The notes beneath the pieces were generated by a model. That model was given only the letters and a program-made list of their open reading frames with translations. It searched no databases and was not told the origin of the DNA. From NCBI GenBank assembly GCA_963751275.1, contig CAVVTZ010000007.1:672001-736000 (forward strand): 64,000 nucleotides of DNA, given 5' to 3'. Each line of letters opens with the position of its first letter. The first letter of the stretch is position 1. This DNA is from an uncultured Gemmatimonadaceae bacterium. Its GTDB lineage: Bacteria; Gemmatimonadota; Gemmatimonadetes; Gemmatimonadales; Gemmatimonadaceae. The position numbers and the translations under genes are program-made. Shown here in pieces: positions 63,012-64,000 of this stretch.

Positions 63012-64000
63012 ATGACGGAACGCCGCTGGCTGCTCGCGCTGATCGGACTTTTCTCGGTGCTGCTCTTCCTCGAGCTGCCGGGCTCGAAGCTGATCGAACC
63101 TGATGAGGCGCGCTACGCGGAGATCCCGCGCGAGATGCTCGCGGCGGGCGATTGGGTGACGCCGCGGCTCAACGGCACGCGGTACTACGAGAAGCCGCCG
63201 CTGCTGTACTGGGCGAATGCGGTGAGCTTCAAGGCGCTCGGCGAGACGCCTTTCGCGGCGCGGCTGCCGACGCGGCTCGCGGCGCTGGGCACGGCCGCAT
63301 TGATCGCACTGTCGCTCGGCGGCGAGTGGGGGCTCTGGGCGGCGCTCATTCTGCTCTCGGCGCCGCTCTCCTTCGTGCTTGGCCGCTACAACGTGACCGA
63401 CGGCGTGCTCACCTTCGGCATGACGCTCGCGCTCGTCGTCGATGCGCGCCTTCTTCCGCGACGAGCGGCCCATGTGGTCGCTCGCGCTGCTCGGACTGGC
63501 TGCGGGCTCGCGGTGCTCGCGAAAGGATTGATCGGCATCGTTCTGCCGGGGCTGGTGTTCCTGCTCTACATCGGCGTGATGCGCGAGTGGCGGCGGCTCG
63601 GGCGCTTGTTCCTGTCGCCGGCGCCGTTCGTCCTGCTCGCCGTCGCGGCGCCCTGGTTCGTGATGATGGAGCGTCGCAATCCGGGATTCTCGCAGGTGTT
63701 CTTCATCCGCGAGCACTTCGAGCGCTTCGCGACGAACGAGGCGAAACGCGAAGGACCCATCTACTTCTTCGTGCTCGCGTTCATTGGCGGATTCCTGCCG
63801 TGGACGATCCCGTTCGGCGTGTGGCTGTCCAAGGCGCGCCCGCGCTGGAAGACGCCTGACCGCGAATGGCTGCGCGAGCGCGCGGATACGATCCTCTTCG
63901 TGCTCTGGTTCTTCGTGATCGTCGTGTTCTTCTCGATCTCGAAGTCCAAGCTGCTGCCGTACATCCTGCCGGCGTTCCCGGCGGCGGCGGCGCTCACGGC
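63012..64000 (+). CDS. ArnT/PMT-like glycosyltransferase (partial; frameshift near 63440)
   Basis: PDEARYAEIPREM, YYEKPPLLYW, LAKG, SKSKLLPYILP. Confidence 0.88.
   Translation, partial: MTERRWLLALIGLFSVLLFLELPGSKLIEPDEARYAEIPREMLAAGDWVTPRLNGTRYYEKPPLLYWANAVSFKALGETPFAARLPTRLAALGTAALIALSLGGEWGLWAALILLSAPLSFVLGRYNVTDGVLTFGMTLALVVDARLLPRRAAHVVARAARTGCGLAVLAKGLIGIVLPGLVFLLYIGVMREWRRLGRLFLSPAPFVLLAVAAPWFVMMERRNPGFSQVFFIREHFERFATNEAKREGPIYFFVLAFIGGFLPWTIPFGVWLSKARPRWKTPDREWLRERADTILFVLWFFVIVVFFSISKSKLLPYILPAFPAAAALT

Overview
High-GC bacterial chromosome segment; gene content (ECF/anti-sigma operon, futalosine-type menaquinone genes, paired PadR + duplicated-permease modules, split KdpD) suggests Gemmatimonadota or a similar lineage (inference, not tested). 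About 70 genes: ECF sigma/anti-sigma operon, menG-ubiD-ubiA-ubiX, Cho-like nuclease-mutM-purD, metB-like, HD-GYP regulator, acyl-CoA ligase/MCP, glmM-glmS, two PadR/ABC-permease pairs around small accessory genes, an ABC exporter, a CarH/LitR-type B12 photoreceptor divergent from DUF378-fasciclin, a full kdpFABC locus, dtd-maf, LPS core genes, FHA-GAF adenylate cyclase, trpE, PAP2, Nudix and ArnT-like genes. Many frameshifts (glmS, kdpA, kdpB and others) look like assembly indels. No rRNA, tRNA, CRISPR array, transposase or integrase was recognised. Most notable: (1) a family of ~200-bp non-coding inverted-repeat elements, two with 9-bp periodic arms and all three sharing a TTGTGGTTAACAACAA-like core, plus other long hairpins and heptamer repeats; (2) a three-part KdpD system including an apparently dead HAMP pseudo-kinase, flanked by two beta-barrels and an unannotated small peptide before kdpF; (3) readable operators for CarH, KdpE, two PadR paralogs and an ECF promoter internal to its own operon.
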